Source: Eledone cirrhosa (lineage: Eukaryota). Taken from it: a stretch of DNA of 64,000 nucleotides. The position numbers were made by a program, and so were the translations under genes. The stretch lies in contig OZ024742.1 of assembly GCA_964016885.1 (NCBI GenBank), positions 81,964,001-82,028,000 on the forward strand. The letters run 5' to 3'. Under the pieces are notes generated by a model. It was not told the origin of the DNA. It worked only from the letters and a program-made list of their open reading frames with translations, and made no database searches. This document shows positions 1 through 13,499 of this stretch, piece after piece; the first letter of the stretch is position 1, and every line of letters starts with the position of its first letter.

Positions 1-1290
1 TTTATAACTGAGAAAAATATATTGTTTTACAGAGAGAGGTTAAAAAACCGTTGGAAGATAATATATAAATTAAAAGAATTTGAAAGTTAACGAAGAGAAA
101 AAATTAAGAATAATGTTAAATTAATGTTTGTATATTGAAGGGTTTAATAATATGTGCGATGAAGAGAAATTGTTAATATGTATTAAGAATAATATTAAAT
201 TAAGGTTTCAATATTGAAGCTTTAATAAGGTGTGCGATGGAAAGAAATTATTGATATGTATTATTAAAATAAAAAATAGTAATGTTATTAAGGATATCAT
301 GGGAAAAGAAGTAGAAGAGTGGATGAATTATGAATTTAGAGGAATTAGTTAGTGTTTAAGTTTGTTTTTATTTAATGTAATATGCATGTGAAATATATGT
401 AAATAGTTTGTTTACAAATGCGCGCAGAAAGCATAGAAGGAGATAGTTTAAGGAGAAGATCTTAACATCAAAATATGTATGTTTATGAAGTATTTCCTAA
501 TGGTAATAATATAATGTAATAAAGGAGATTAGTTAGGGTTTAAGTTTGTTTTTATGTATTGTGATGTGTAATATGTAAAAGTTAGACGAGCATGAAAGGC
601 AGAAAAAAATAATGAATTGAGGATGAATAATCTAACGTCAAAAAAAATGTTTATGTTTACGAAGGATTTGTAAAGGTGATACTATCAAGTATTTAAAAGG
701 GTAATAGTAAGTTTTATGGCCAGTGATAGGATGGAACAAGGAAGAGTGGATATATTGTGGTGAGTAATAATGAGAATTGAGAAGTATCTAGGGAGAAAAT
801 GTACAGATTAGAGGTTAGAAATTAAAAGAAAAAAGGAAAAAAGGGAGAAAGGGAAGTGATAAATAGGAATGAGACAGAATGAGTAACTAGTATTATATAA
901 TTTATAATAAATAACATTGAAATAAGGTAGAAAGATGGGTATATGTTTAAAGAAATATATATATATGACTTTGAGAAAAAGGATTTTAAATTGGTAAAGT
1001 ATTAGATATTAGCTGTATACTTTGTGGAATGTTCTGTGGAATTTATGCAAGCAGAGAGAAAATAAGTCAGTGCGTCTATTTATTATAGTATCTAAATCAG
1101 ATATAATGGTAAATTTCTCACATGTTTTGGATAGAGAAGCCTTCGCGGATGGAGAGGCAGAGCAAACTTTCCCCCAAGAGATGTTATAGTTAATATTTGT
1201 GTCTTTCATGTCTCCCTATTTTATCTGACGAAAAGGCAAATGTCATCGCATGATGATATTTGATTTTGAAATGCGCATAATAAAATACAT
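1..1290 (-). mobile_element. Degenerate Penelope-like element 3' end (GIY-YIG C-terminus plus AT-rich internally repetitive tail)
   Basis: ORF 1009-1209 reads YNISW...CEKFTII..IINRRTDLFSLCLHK, resembling the PLE endonuclease terminus (I.W...C.EK..I...LNKR.EL.S.C.H). Region 1-1000 has degenerate internal repeats (e.g. 132-187 vs 211-265); its link to the ORF is inferred. Confidence 0.5.
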
Positions 1291-1409
1291 ATAACTCATT
1301 TAACCATCTTTTGATCTTATATTATTTATGCTCCAGTCCTACAAACTGTAGAGTGCTACTTATCCGATATCTGCATTGCTTTATTGTACTACAATAAAAC
1401 TCACCTCCT

Positions 1410-1413
1410 ACAT

Positions 1414-1460
<47 letters not shown>

Positions 1461-1495
1461 CATACATATATACATACACACATATATATACACAT

Positions 1496-1570
<75 letters not shown>

Positions 1571-1810
1571 TGTGTATATGTATATATATGTATATATATG
1601 TGTACATGTATGTGTATACATATATGTGTATGTATATATATATATGTATGTATATATATATATATGTATATATATATGTATATATATATATATGTATATA
1701 TGTGTGTATGTATATATATATATGTATGTATATATGTGTATGTGTATGTATGTGTATGTATAAGTTTGTGTATATATATATGTGTATGTATATATGTGTA
1801 TGTATATATT
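1410..1810. repeat. Compound (TA)n/(TG)n/(CA)n microsatellite
   Basis: Seen directly; it generates the YIYI pseudo-ORFs. Confidence 0.98.
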
Positions 1811-1811
1811 A

Positions 1812-2422
1812 TGTCAGGTCACCAGTTGGTGCTACTGGTAACATGTATCCCAGTACAACCCGTCTCATGGTCGGGTCGTTGGCGACTAAACTGGCAACCC
1901 CACCAAGGTTTCTTGGTGAGGAGGGTGACTTTGGACAACCTGCAGGACTAAAAACTAAACCTGTCAAAGGGCAAAGGAGATCTTCAGATTCAATGGCCAT
2001 CCAAAATCACCGGGAGAGATGACCCTTTAGCCTTTGTCAAGGCGGAATTCTAGGAGAAGGAAAACGCTGATATAACACCTGCAAATCTGATGGTATCCAA
2101 TGATGTTGACTTGTTCTTCTTTTTGGTAAATATCATCTTGGTTAAGAGAGTTGGACTGGCTTTGTGCAGTGCCTTTGCTCACTATAAAAGCTTCACGGCA
2201 CAGGCATTACTTTATATCTGGAGATATCTCTGCACTTGTCGCTACATGGTACCATGGGCCCAGCACTATGTGTCAATAATTGTCACAAGTGTAGTGTTTG
2301 TACCAGAGATTTCAAGTCGCTGGCTGGACTAAAAAGTCGCACTCGTTCAGCGCATCGGTAGGGGTTACTCCTACATGGATATAAAGTAGTGGCCGTACTC
2401 GAAAACGAGTTGGCAGCGACCA
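1812..2422 (+). mobile_element. ~610 bp non-coding interspersed repeat, copy 1
   Basis: Closely similar to 4711-5320 with the same ends (TGTCAGGTCACC...CCA) and (TA)n on both sides. Contains CTAGGAGAAGGAAAA, which resembles RTE 5'UTR motifs. Confidence 0.85.
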
Positions 2423-2426
2423 TATA

Positions 2427-2499
<73 letters not shown>

Positions 2500-2514
2500 G
2501 TATTTATGTATATC

Positions 2515-3020
2515 CCCGCGGATCATGTTGGCAGAAGGAAGGGTGGAAGTGCAATTTTCCAGCATGATTCCTTTACGTCAGATGGCAACAAAACATTCTC
2601 TAATGGATACTGTGAATCAGTCACTGTGCACAATAAAGCCAATGGCTTGACATTAGTTAGGCACTATAGGCCACTACAAACACCCATAATCTGTTTCAAA
2701 GAATGCCTCAACAGTATTAAATGCTTTATTAAACCGTACCATTCTAGCAACATACTTTTGATGGCGACTTTTATCTACCCTGTGTCGATGTGTCTACGTG
2801 TAGTTTGAAACCAGGCTCCACAGCCTCAACCACTGAAAAATAGGCTGTCGAGTCACTTCTTGACTTCATGAATGAGTTTTTCTTGTCCCAACCTGTCCTT
2901 GCAGCAACGAGACATCAGCATAACATTCTGGATCTAGTGTTTAGTAACCACAATAACACTATACATTATATTACAGTGGAAACAAATCCTTCTCTCAGAC
3001 CATAACATGGTTTTTTGTAA
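2515..3020 (+). pseudogene. APE endonuclease fragment of a CR1/L2/Jockey-type LINE
   Basis: Motifs across frames: [22 protein letters not shown] (GDF-like), TRHQHNILDLVFSN, LSDHNMV. Confidence 0.75.
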
Positions 3021-3044
3021 CCCGATATTCTACCAGCCGAAAGC

Positions 3045-3662
3045 TTTAATTTATTTAAAGAATTGTTTGATAACCGCTTGCTCCGCTATTTTTATATTGT
3101 TCTGGCATCTCAAATTAGTAGCATTGAACCACACATATTATACACACCTTGTATATTTCTACAAGTACATAGTACCTGTTGAAGTATTCATCCACTTTTA
3201 TAATTTTTCTCCTTATTTAGAGAACAAAACGTTGAATAATGCTGCTAATTTTAGTGGCAATATCAACATGTTTATAATAAACAGCTATTATCTGCGACCT
3301 GATTTTGCATGTGTGTCATTTTAACGGCTTGACCGCATGCGTTGGGCAGGAAGCGAACTATTTACTTACTATGGGGTTAGCAGCCTTATAGTGTGGAAAT
3401 GAGCTGTCTGAAGATTCATTTCTTTCCATTGGAAATTCTCTGGATTTCCAATCTTTTGGAATAATGAAACCGTCGGTAACAGCAATTGAACAGGTGATTA
3501 TTTAAATCGTTTTTTAATGTATTTAAAGAATTGTTTGATAACCGCTTGCTCCGCTATTTTTATATTGTTCTGGCATCTCAGATTAGTACCATTGAACCAC
3601 ACATACTATAAACACCTTGTATATGTCTACAAGTACATAGTACCTGTTGAAGCATTCATCCA

Positions 3663-3670
<8 letters not shown>
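3045..3670 (+). mobile_element. Non-coding hammerhead-bearing element, 468 nt period (retrozyme-like / non-autonomous PLE)
   Basis: Direct repeats 3045-3202 and 3513-3670 bracket a hammerhead motif; the 3' end runs into (TA)n. Confidence 0.75.
3403..3483 (+). ncRNA. Type I hammerhead ribozyme
   Basis: Stem I GCTGT/ACAGC; core CTGAAGA (3408-3414); long stem II with ATTGGAAAT/ATTTCCAAT; GAAA (3466); stem III ACC-gtc-GGT; GUA site. Confidence 0.75.
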
Positions 3671-3761
<91 letters not shown>

Positions 3762-4329
3762 ATGTGGAAGGTGATAGAAGGTTAAAAATGAAAAATGAAT
3801 CAATAAGATGGCGGTAAAGAAAAATCAAGTTATCTGGAAATCTCTACTTATTTTTGTTGATGTTGTTTCTTTTGCCCTGATGTTTCTTCACTTTGGAATT
3901 GAATTTATATTAATACAAATGTAATTCAAAAATAAGTAACGGGAACGATTTACTATTAGTTCTTTGTACTCTGATGAAGGTAATGTTATGTCCCAAGATA
4001 TTACGATAAAAGGAAGAAAGGTTACCAGTCCACGTGATACAATATATTACATACTATATTTCAAGCGGACTATATATATATATATATATATATAACTATA
4101 TGTGTGTGTGTGTAATCTGAGTTTTTAAATAAAAGTTTTATAAAGTATATGGCATATAATATTACCGGTTTCGGTGTATCGGTGCATTCCATCTTATCGA
4201 ATATTAAATATTACAATTAAAAAGAATTAAAAAAATTGTTCAAGTCTGCTCATCTTTCTTTTTGAGAGGAAAACTGGGTTTAGAAATAGCCGTCTAAACG
4301 TCTTGAGCTCTGCCGTCGGGGTTAAACAT

Positions 4330-4453
<124 letters not shown>

Positions 4454-4710
4454 ATATATATAAGTATACGAGTATGTTTAATATGAATTTTTCTACTTCA
4501 CTTAAGTAGAGTCTTATCCCACGGTTTGTTCTTCCGCATTTGATACCTAGGGATTTGCGATTGGTTTATGTATATATGTGTGTGTTTGGGGGGCGGGGGC
4601 TGAGGCAGACACTATGTGTGTGTCAGTGTGTAATTATTCTCATAGTAAAGTAAGGAAGAACTCTGGCGAAGGATACACTACACTGTGTATATATATATAT
4701 ATATATATTA

Positions 4711-5320
4711 TGTCAGGTCACCAGTTGGTGCTACTGGTAACATGTATCCCAGTACAACCTGTCTCATGATCGGGTAGTTGGCGACTAAACCGGCAACTCC
4801 ACCAAGGTTTCTTGGTGAGGAGGGTGACTTTGGACATCCTGCAGGACTAAAAAAACAACCTGTCAAAGGGCAAAGGAGCTCTTAGGAGTCAATGGCCATC
4901 CAAAATCACCGGGAGAGATGACCCCTTAGCCTTTGTCAAGGCAGAATTCTAGGAGAAGGCAAATTTTGATATAACACCTGCAACCCTGATGGTATCCAAT
5001 GATGTTGACTTGTTCTTCTTTTTGGTAACTATAATCTTGGTTAAGAGAGTGGGGCTGGCTTTGTGCAGTGCCTTTGCTCACTATAAAAGCTTCACGGCAC
5101 AGGCACTAATTTATATCTGGAGATTTCTCTGCACTTGTCAACACATGGTACCATTGGCCCAGCACTAAGTGTCAATAATTGTCACAAGTGTAGTGTTTGT
5201 GCCAGAGTTTTCAAGTCGCTGGCTGGACTGAAAAGTCAGACTCGTTCAGCGCATCGGTAGGGGTTCTCCTACATGGATATAAAGTAGTGGCCGTACTCGA
5301 AAACGAGTTGGCAGCCACCA
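4711..5320 (+). mobile_element. ~610 bp non-coding interspersed repeat, copy 2
   Basis: Full-length match to 1812-2422, embedded in (TA)n. Confidence 0.85.
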
Positions 5321-5385
5321 TATATATATATATATATATATATATACTATAAAAAATGTTTCGCTCTATATGGCTAAATAATACA

Positions 5386-5842
5386 ATAAATGTAATGTGA
5401 CATTTTCGAATATTAATAACATTCGATTCGTTTGCAATTATGCAAACAAGCCTTATTTTTAACGCCATGTCAGTAGAATAATCCCTTGATTCTTGCTCTT
5501 GTGTTGGCATGTAAACAGAACTGCATACACTAACGCTTCTGGGTATCACCCTGCATCAGTACTGTATATTTTCGAAAATATACAGTGACTATTCGGCCTT
5601 ATTTGCATATAAGCAGACTGGCCGATCAGTCAGATCTGCATATTAGCAGATCCACTGATCAGCCAAATTTGCATATCAGCAGACTGGCCAATCAGTTTCC
5701 TGTATACGAGCGATAAATGACCGGCTTTGCCACATTCGAATAAATAAAAAAAATTAAAAAATTAAAAAAGTTAAAAATGAGACTTTTCCGCATAATTGCA
5801 AACGAATTGAATGTTATTATTACTATACTCAGATTACATTTA
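5386..5842. mobile_element. MITE-like element with terminal inverted repeats, an internal perfect palindrome and ~33 bp tandem repeats
   Basis: AATAACATTCGATTCGTTTGCAATTATGC (~5414) is inverted at ~5790-5818; 26 bp palindrome at 5561-5586; three TGCATA..AGCAGA...GATCAG units at ~5601-5695. Confidence 0.65.
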
Positions 5843-7984
5843 TATATATATTTGTTTAAATCTTAATATAATATGAAGATGCACTTAACGTTTCTGTTGG
5901 AAGTCTGTCATTAGAATATAGAATAAGAGAGCAGAGTACAGAGAATGATAGAGAAGATGAAAAATAGGAAGATTGGGGAAGAAATAATTTTTTTACGGAA
6001 ACGAAAAAGATTATCTTCACCAAAACATCGAACATTTTAAATCTTCATGAATGTGACATAATTTAAGGAAATACGTAAACTAGTTATGTATGCTTCATAG
6101 TGTACGACAACAGTGTCATCCTGTCAATATTAATTCACATGTTACTTGTAATTTACGTCTATTTGTGTAGTCATATGAAAAACAAATATTCTTATATGTA
6201 TGTATTTTATTTTGTACACAGAAAAATGCTTAGAAATTGAGTGATGAGTAAAAACATATTCCTAATTAACACAATTACTTATATTACCCGTTAAATACGT
6301 TCATATTTTCTATTGCAAGAACTGAGAAAGAAAAATAGAAATAAAAGCAATGAAATCATGATAGCCATCTAACTCTGGAACAACCGTCTAACGTAAATGT
6401 TGATTCCTGAAACGGTACAAGTGAATAAGCAATGTTGTGTTATCCTCCAGTATAAACAATACTAATGGATATAATAATGAAATTCGAATGTGTGCCTTTG
6501 CTACTAAACAAATACACGGAAAGATACAAACATCTCGAGATACACACGAATGACATTCTACTGGAAAAAACATGTTTGGTGTAAAGTATTTAAGAATGTT
6601 TTGCTATATACAACGGGAGTAAAGGAAAGGCGGGAAGTTCAAGATATTCTAACACTACTAAATTCAAAGTTGGAGGGTATGAATTCACCGAAGCATTACC
6701 CAGCCTCGGAACTCCACTTTAATAAGAATGTATAATTAGTAAACAGAATCATCGATTAATATAAAATGTACATATATTATAAGAACACCTATTTACAAAT
6801 CACAATACTTACGGTCCCAAAGTTGTATTTGATGCTATTGCAAAATATGTAATAACCTACCAAGCCGCAGAGAGAAAATATTCACGGGATAACGTAAACA
6901 TAATTGAAAAATATTTCTGCGATTTGCACTGCCTAGTTCAATTATTCAAATTGTCGAAAATATTTGTGAATTTTGCTTTTCAGAAGATCCATTACATCTC
7001 AGATTTTCTAAATATAACAACTTATGAGTTTATAATTTCCTATCTTTTTATATAAACGACGTCTCAATAAAAATTGAACCTTTCCCCCAATATCATATTT
7101 AGATGAATGCAGATTGTAAAAAAAAAAACACATGCCATTTTGTGGACCATTTAGTACGGATAAAGAGATATAAACCCAATGGTGATATAGAGAGGAGTGT
7201 CAAAACTAGGCTAAGTGATGTATGTATATTTGAGCGCGTCTTTTAATGATTTCGTGTAGTAACTATTGTAAGAATGAGAGAGGCAATTTTTCCAAGTATT
7301 GGAGACGAAATGAATCAGAAATACTCTGTTGTTTTAATGCATAATATGTGTGTAAGTTACTAGTTCGAGCTCCATAACATTATATTTAGCTGGGATTTTA
7401 TGATGCACCGAGTGTGTGAAGTCTTGATCTTATGTATTTAAAACACGTTTAGTTAATCCAATAACATATGTAGGTTCGATTCCCTTAAATGTGGACATTT
7501 TACTATTTCGTGGACTAATCACCCTTGCTATAATTAGCCAACTTTTTATAGTAAAGAATACGTCGAAAGTTATTAAATATATTCAATTCTCTGGTTTTCT
7601 AATCAGATGATCTTTGCATACATATCTCTATTAGCTTGTATCTTCTAAATTTAATAGGCATAAACGATTGGTCAAGTAGTACACTTATCTCGAAAATAAG
7701 AGGTGGCGGCTGGAATTCCATGCAGGGTGATGCCTATTGTCCTTCCGTTCTGGAAACTTATATTTCCTTTTAATATTAGACTTCTGTTGTGAAATACATT
7801 ACGAAAATTACTAATTAAACATATATAAATATATAAACAAGAAGGGTAAGTCAACAGGTTACATTCAGCTTCGTTTATTCATTTCGTTAAGCTTCGAGTC
7901 ATAGCAATACATTTCTCCCATCATACATAAAACCAAATTTGTAATGCAATGTGTTCACATGCCTGTCTTGGTAATATTATATTA

Positions 7985-8110
7985 CGAGGTTAGTTTTGCC
8001 TTTCATCCTTATGGGGGCGATAATATAAAGCACCAGTAAGCACTGGCGTCGATATAATCGCCCCCCCCCCGTCAAAAGGCTGGCCTTGTGCCTAATGTAG
8101 AAACAATTAT
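7985..8110 (+). mobile_element. SINE, 3' half
   Basis: GCCTTTCATCC..GG..CGATAA..ACCAGTAA core and GGCCTTGTGCCTAATGTAGAAAC tail, shared with the 29.1 and 58.4 kb copies. Confidence 0.8.
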
Positions 8111-8369
8111 GTGTACGACGATTGAAGATCACACGTTTTGGATTAATGTATCATATTATATATTAAGTTAATCTTGAGGATTATTTCATCATTATTGGGC
8201 TGCGTTCCTTTATCACATCTTTGCTCAAATAAAAAAAAGCATATATGCAATCATATATAAGATGCTTATATATAAGAAACTAATATATACTGTCGTTAAT
8301 TTATCCTATGATGTCGCAGTTAACTCAGTACACCTGTAAGAAGAATGTAATTCCTCAAGAAGGCATTGA

Positions 8370-8525
8370 ATAGGCAGAGTCGTTACCATGGCAGATAGAA
8401 TGTTTTACGTTATTCATTTCGACTGTCTGCTCACTGAGATCAAATCCTGTTGGGGTCAATTTGCATTTCACCCATTCGAGGTCGAGTAAAAAGTACCAGT
8501 ATTCTACCGTAGTCGATTCGAACCC
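8370..8525 (+). mobile_element. SINE (tRNA-like head plus conserved core)
   Basis: A-box-like GGCAGAGTCGTTA, B-box-like GAGATCAAATCC, core TTTCACCCATTCGAGGTCGA..AAGTACCAGT. Confidence 0.7.
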
Positions 8526-10806
8526 TGTATATTTTCTCACTTATTTTCACCCAGGCTCCATCGTTCTCAATTGGAGATGGGCCCTGCCAGGGTTTAAAAT
8601 CCTCTAGAAAAGCTATATGTCAATACAGTGCCCCTACGAACCCCTAATGTGTTACACGGGTATCCATGCATTTCATCAATAATGCATATTTACTTCGAGA
8701 TACGTTTGATGTAACTAGAGCTTTAAATACTTTCAGTGGATACTGTGAATGATTATTATACATTCACATATTGTATATGAGACCGCATACGCCTTTATTC
8801 TGAATCCCTTTGTTATAAAGAAAATGGATAAGTATTTCTAATATTGGCACATGTACAGCAATGCAGGTGTAATTCGATTTTATCCACCCCACTCTTGACT
8901 GGTACCTTATTTTATACAACCCTGATAATATATCCAGTACTAATTAATTAACATAAACGGTTATAACCTGACCCGCCAGCACCCAAGTGTGAAATCGTTC
9001 ATTGCTTTTCTCTTAGTTTTGTATTATAGGATGAAGTCACATATTTAGTTTGATGTGTTGTCTGCCGGAGACCATATTAATTTACGTTTGAGAATTTAAA
9101 ATTCCAATTTTACCTAATTAAGAGAACCAAACTTTACACTTGTGACATCAATAATATATTTGGTATTTTTATCAAGTCAAATATACGCAAAACTTAACTC
9201 ATATAGTTAAATCTTTGAAATCAAAACTTATGTTCACTTAGATTTAGTTATTCACTGCTAAATATAAATACATGATATTTTCACCTTTCAAGCATTTAAT
9301 CAAAGATGCTTTTAAAAATATCATTTAGACTTCCTCTCATATGTAGTATTTTTTTCGGTACTCATCGTATATAACATTAACTGGCTTGCAGATATTATTG
9401 AACTGCTAGTTTCTTTTTTACTACATTATGCATCTTCGTTGAAATAACATACAAGGAATATGTGGAGAATATATTATGTTGACTGGTTGTCAATTGAAAA
9501 AGACATATTTCCTGAGGTAGAAACGAATACATCAGAGCTGTAATTTGCATTCATGTATAGAAAGAAACAGGAATAAAGAATATGGAGATAAGAAAGACAT
9601 ACATTAGAACAGGAAATTAAATACGTTAAAACAACTAATGAAATAAATTACTGCGAGCTAACCGAATGTGTTTATCGACTCACCTATTGATGTATAAGCA
9701 TCTATATAAATATATATATATATATATATATCCATCTACATATCAATATAGATAGATATGCATGTGATATACAGTATTCGCTTTTATTCCACAAGCTTTT
9801 TTCATTTTCTTTTTCTCTCTTTTTTCACTATTTCACGATTTCCTATCACATTTATCCATCTCGGTAATATATGATATACATATAAAATATACATCAAAAC
9901 ATATACAGATAAATGCATGCACGAATTTATATGCATACATACACCCACATATAGATATATACGTGTGTGTATGTGTGTGAGTGTGTGTGAGTGTGTATCT
10001 GTGAACATGCGTGTCATAGTCATTAAACCCAGACATAATATTTAATGATCTACTGAACATGATGGCATAGCTTATGGCATTTATATACTTACAAAGTAAT
10101 TTCCAATTTAAGAACAAAATAAGGAAAAGAATATAAGCTTACAAATCTGCTTCTAATTCTTGAACGTACTTAGTATTGATAGCATTCATTGTCATATGTA
10201 TATTTCTATAAACGTCAAAGGTCTAATATTTAAGGATATTGAAATATTATATTAAAATCTCTTGCAGTAAGTTTTCGTAGATTTGAGACTGACCGAGTAA
10301 AATTATGTTGATAAAAGTTAACAACCACCCTCCTAAGTCTAGAATAACTTGTTTAGAGTTTTCACGGACAAACATATATATATATATTGACATTTATTCA
10401 TGAAAATATGTACTAATTCTTTTAGACATTAGTCTCAAGTTTGTTAATCCATGATCACATCTACTTGTCAGGTCTGCTTCAATATGTTGAATATGTGTTA
10501 TTTTATATAAACGCAAGCACTCTGTATTGATTTCATATAAGAATAGTTTATCAATGATGATATTTCTATAGTTAATAATATTCTGGCTGCTCAGAAAATG
10601 TAAGACTGGAGAGTTGAAATATGACATCCTATGCAATGGTAAAAGAAGAAAATAAAGACAAGAACACAAATGAATAATTTAAATTGCTGATTTTACTTGC
10701 AAGCGTTGCTTAAATGTTCATTTTGCTGAATTATCTCGTACGATTTGCTCTCAAACATAGATAGCACACGAGAAAGCGCATATAAACGTATACACTTTGA
10801 AACGCG

Positions 10807-10844
<38 letters not shown>

Positions 10845-11089
10845 CACATACATACACACGCACACACATATATATATATATATATAGTATAAAAAATGTT
10901 CATAGACATAGCATGTGTGTGCTGTCAATGGTTTCAGGGTACAGTCATGGCCACCACTGTATAATACAGGAACCACTTTCACACTGATCATTCATTTAGT
11001 CCCATGGACATGGATATGAAAAAAGGAATTTGATTCTAGGGTAATTCCCTTTCTTAAATGTATATATATATATATATTCTATTCTATTC

Positions 11090-11248
11090 TAAGGAGGGTA
11101 AAATTCCCGAGATCCATGGACGAGTTCTCTTCAGCGGTCTCTCTCCCTCATTATCGCTGCCATGTCCTGCGTCTCCAACAGACCAGTGTGTCCTTAGGGC
11201 ATCAACATACGTTAACCTTGGTCTTCCTCTTCTAGTGTGTCCATGTAT
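11090..11248 (-). mobile_element. RTE LINE 3'-end fragment
   Basis: Matches 55260-55417, which encodes GHTRRGRPRLTYVD. Confidence 0.8.
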
Positions 11249-11584
11249 ATATGATGCAGAGGAGGTTAATCTGCGCTGAAATCTGTATACGAATTTATCA
11301 ATTTCAAGAGCTATTCATTTCAGTGGATAAAGGGATAAAGGGAAAAATGGAAATACCTCGCGTTTCTTGACGTATTTAATTTATTGCATATAAACGGACA
11401 CACGGACCATATGATAAGTAATTATGATTTTAATATATAATAGGCATTCCTTCGTATGATTAGTGCGCTCGCATATGTATATATTTGCATACAAATGTAC
11501 GGGTCGCTATATATGCATACATGCATACATATATACACATACACAATAAAGGCACTTGCACATGCACATACATACGTATATATG

Positions 11585-11628
11585 CACACACACACACACA
11601 CACACACATACACACACACACACACACA

Positions 11629-11702
<74 letters not shown>
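11585..11702. repeat. (CA)n(TA)n microsatellite
   Basis: Seen directly. Confidence 0.98.
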
Positions 11703-11703
<1 letters not shown>

Positions 11704-11704
11704 C

Positions 11705-12504
11705 ACGATACATTAACGGAGCCATAGACTCTCGCCGTTCCCTATAAATAATGTGTTCAAAGGCGAAGAAATTCTGGGCACTTTAAAATACAATATGGTG
11801 AAAAGGTAACACACTAGAGAGAGATACAGTGCGCCATCAATAAAACAGGGAAAAACCACCTGTGTATGGAATCTATAACCTATGAAAGGCAGAATAAAGA
11901 CACGATAATTAAAAATATAAATTAAAGCGTAAATAAATACCTCTATAACTATATAACACACGTACAAATCCAAAATGATATGTTTCCCCAGTGAGTTTTT
12001 GACGGAAATGAAATAACCCAGGTTCATCAGCGTGTGTTAGGCTATACATTTCAGACAACACTAAGAGAATTTTCAAAGCGGCCGTCGAACTACACGTGGG
12101 AGATAGAAGTCACAGCGTGTTTAAGGGCAGTGAACCAGTGGCCTCTGATGGACGAGCTGCTAGAAAGGGCAGCCCAAAATCACTCAGAGAAGTGTGCTCA
12201 ACCAAACAGAGAGAGGGGAGAAAGTCCGTTATAAGGAGCGAAATATAACGATAAATTAACGGAGGCATAGGCCCTCGCTATTCCCTGTAAATAATGTGCT
12301 CAAAGAGAAGAAATCCTGAGCTCTTTAAAATACAATATGTTGAAAAGGTAACACACTAGAGAGAGATACAGTGCGCCATCAATAAAACAGGGAAACGCCA
12401 CCAGTTTATGGAATCTATAACCTATGAAAGGCTGAATATAGACATGATAATTAAACATATAAATTAAAGCGTAAATAAATACCTCTATAACTATATAACA
12501 CACA
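11705..12504 (-). mobile_element. Non-coding hammerhead-bearing element, ~542 nt unit x1.5 (retrozyme-like)
   Basis: Direct repeats 11705-11962 and 12248-12503 with (TA)n on both sides; the 5' end on the minus strand coincides with the hammerhead cleavage position. Confidence 0.85.
11955..12038 (-). ncRNA. Type I hammerhead ribozyme
   Basis: Minus strand: AACACACG CTGATGA [CC-TGGGTT...AACTCA-ct-GG] GAAA CATATC-attttg-GATTTG TA CGTGTGTT; perfect 8 bp stem I, canonical core, GUA site. Confidence 0.88.
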
Positions 12505-13024
12505 TATATATATATTATAAAGTGAAATGACATGATCCTGAATTTCTCACTTAGGCAGAGCGGGTATTTTTTGCTTCCGTTTTTATATGGGTTCAGTCTT
12601 CAAACACTTCCCATGTGACACCATTGGTTACTACCTTTTATGTGAGCTGCCAGTCACTTTTTGCCACCATTCGAGTGGTTTTCTTTACAAGGTGTCTAAA
12701 TGAGAAAAGGTTCAGGTAGAACAATTGTTTAAAACTGTCCATACCTAATGCCATACCTACATATTCTCCGCAGGTCTCTGGCTTCTTGGTTGTTGTTTAG
12801 TAAAGCCCGCGTCGCAAGATACCTTCCCATTGGACCTCCTGAACCCCCATTGACACAACCTACAACTAGTAAACTTCAACGAGCGCAGACCGCACACACA
12901 CTTATTGACGAATTCGGGAAAGAGACAGAACACGCTGAAAGGTATGTTAGATGACTCTCCCACCATGACCCTCCCAGGAATATGTGGTGAAACAGAATAT
13001 ATATATATATGTGTGTGTGTGTGC

Positions 13025-13290
13025 ACGGTCAGCCGTAACTCGCCCGGTATGAGAATGAGGCTACTCAGTCGATGTGTACTTAAGAAATACTATAGATGTT
13101 CAACCGCTCAAGAGATTGGCAGAGGTATACAGTCCTGATGAAGCGCAATGGCCCAGAAAGTTATTGATTGTTCCTCAAAGCCAGTGTTCAACAAACAGAT
13201 GACGACGTGTCATCGGCATGGCGCAGCTTTTTACAAACGGATCGAATATTACTATTAATATTCGATATAACCCATACGTACATAGGTATA
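13025..13290 (+). mobile_element. PLE 3'-end remnant with a degenerate minimal hammerhead (13129-13171)
   Basis: RMRLLSRCVLKKY resembles the PLE terminus; followed by ACAGTC CTGATGA agcgcaatggccca GAAA gttatt GATTGT. Confidence 0.55.
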
Positions 13291-13321
13291 TGTATGTATG
13301 TGTATGTTTATGTATATGTAC

Positions 13322-13359
<38 letters not shown>

Positions 13360-13499
13360 CGGAATGTAGCCTTGATCGAAAAGTCCAACATACTAGTTCC
13401 GGACAATGCCTTGAACCAGCGGCTAGGCACGGCTGTTACAATATGTACCGCCTCCAATCAAATTTGAGCCGAAAATGATCATTAAGTTTAAAATTCTCA

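Noticed and set aside
1322-2022. Long [12 protein letters not shown] ORFs here and throughout the window
   Set aside because: These are translations of dinucleotide microsatellites, which lack stop codons.
4159-4200. Further hammerhead remnants (GAAACCGGT on the minus strand here and at 15444; CTGATGA at 3971; GAAACGTA on the minus strand at 25180)
   Set aside because: Half the core or the stems are missing; too decayed to call.
5215-5320. HDV-like ribozyme on the minus strand of the 610 bp repeat
   Set aside because: P1- and P2-like pairings exist, but there is no room for P3/L3 and no P1.1 GG; a simple hairpin explains it.
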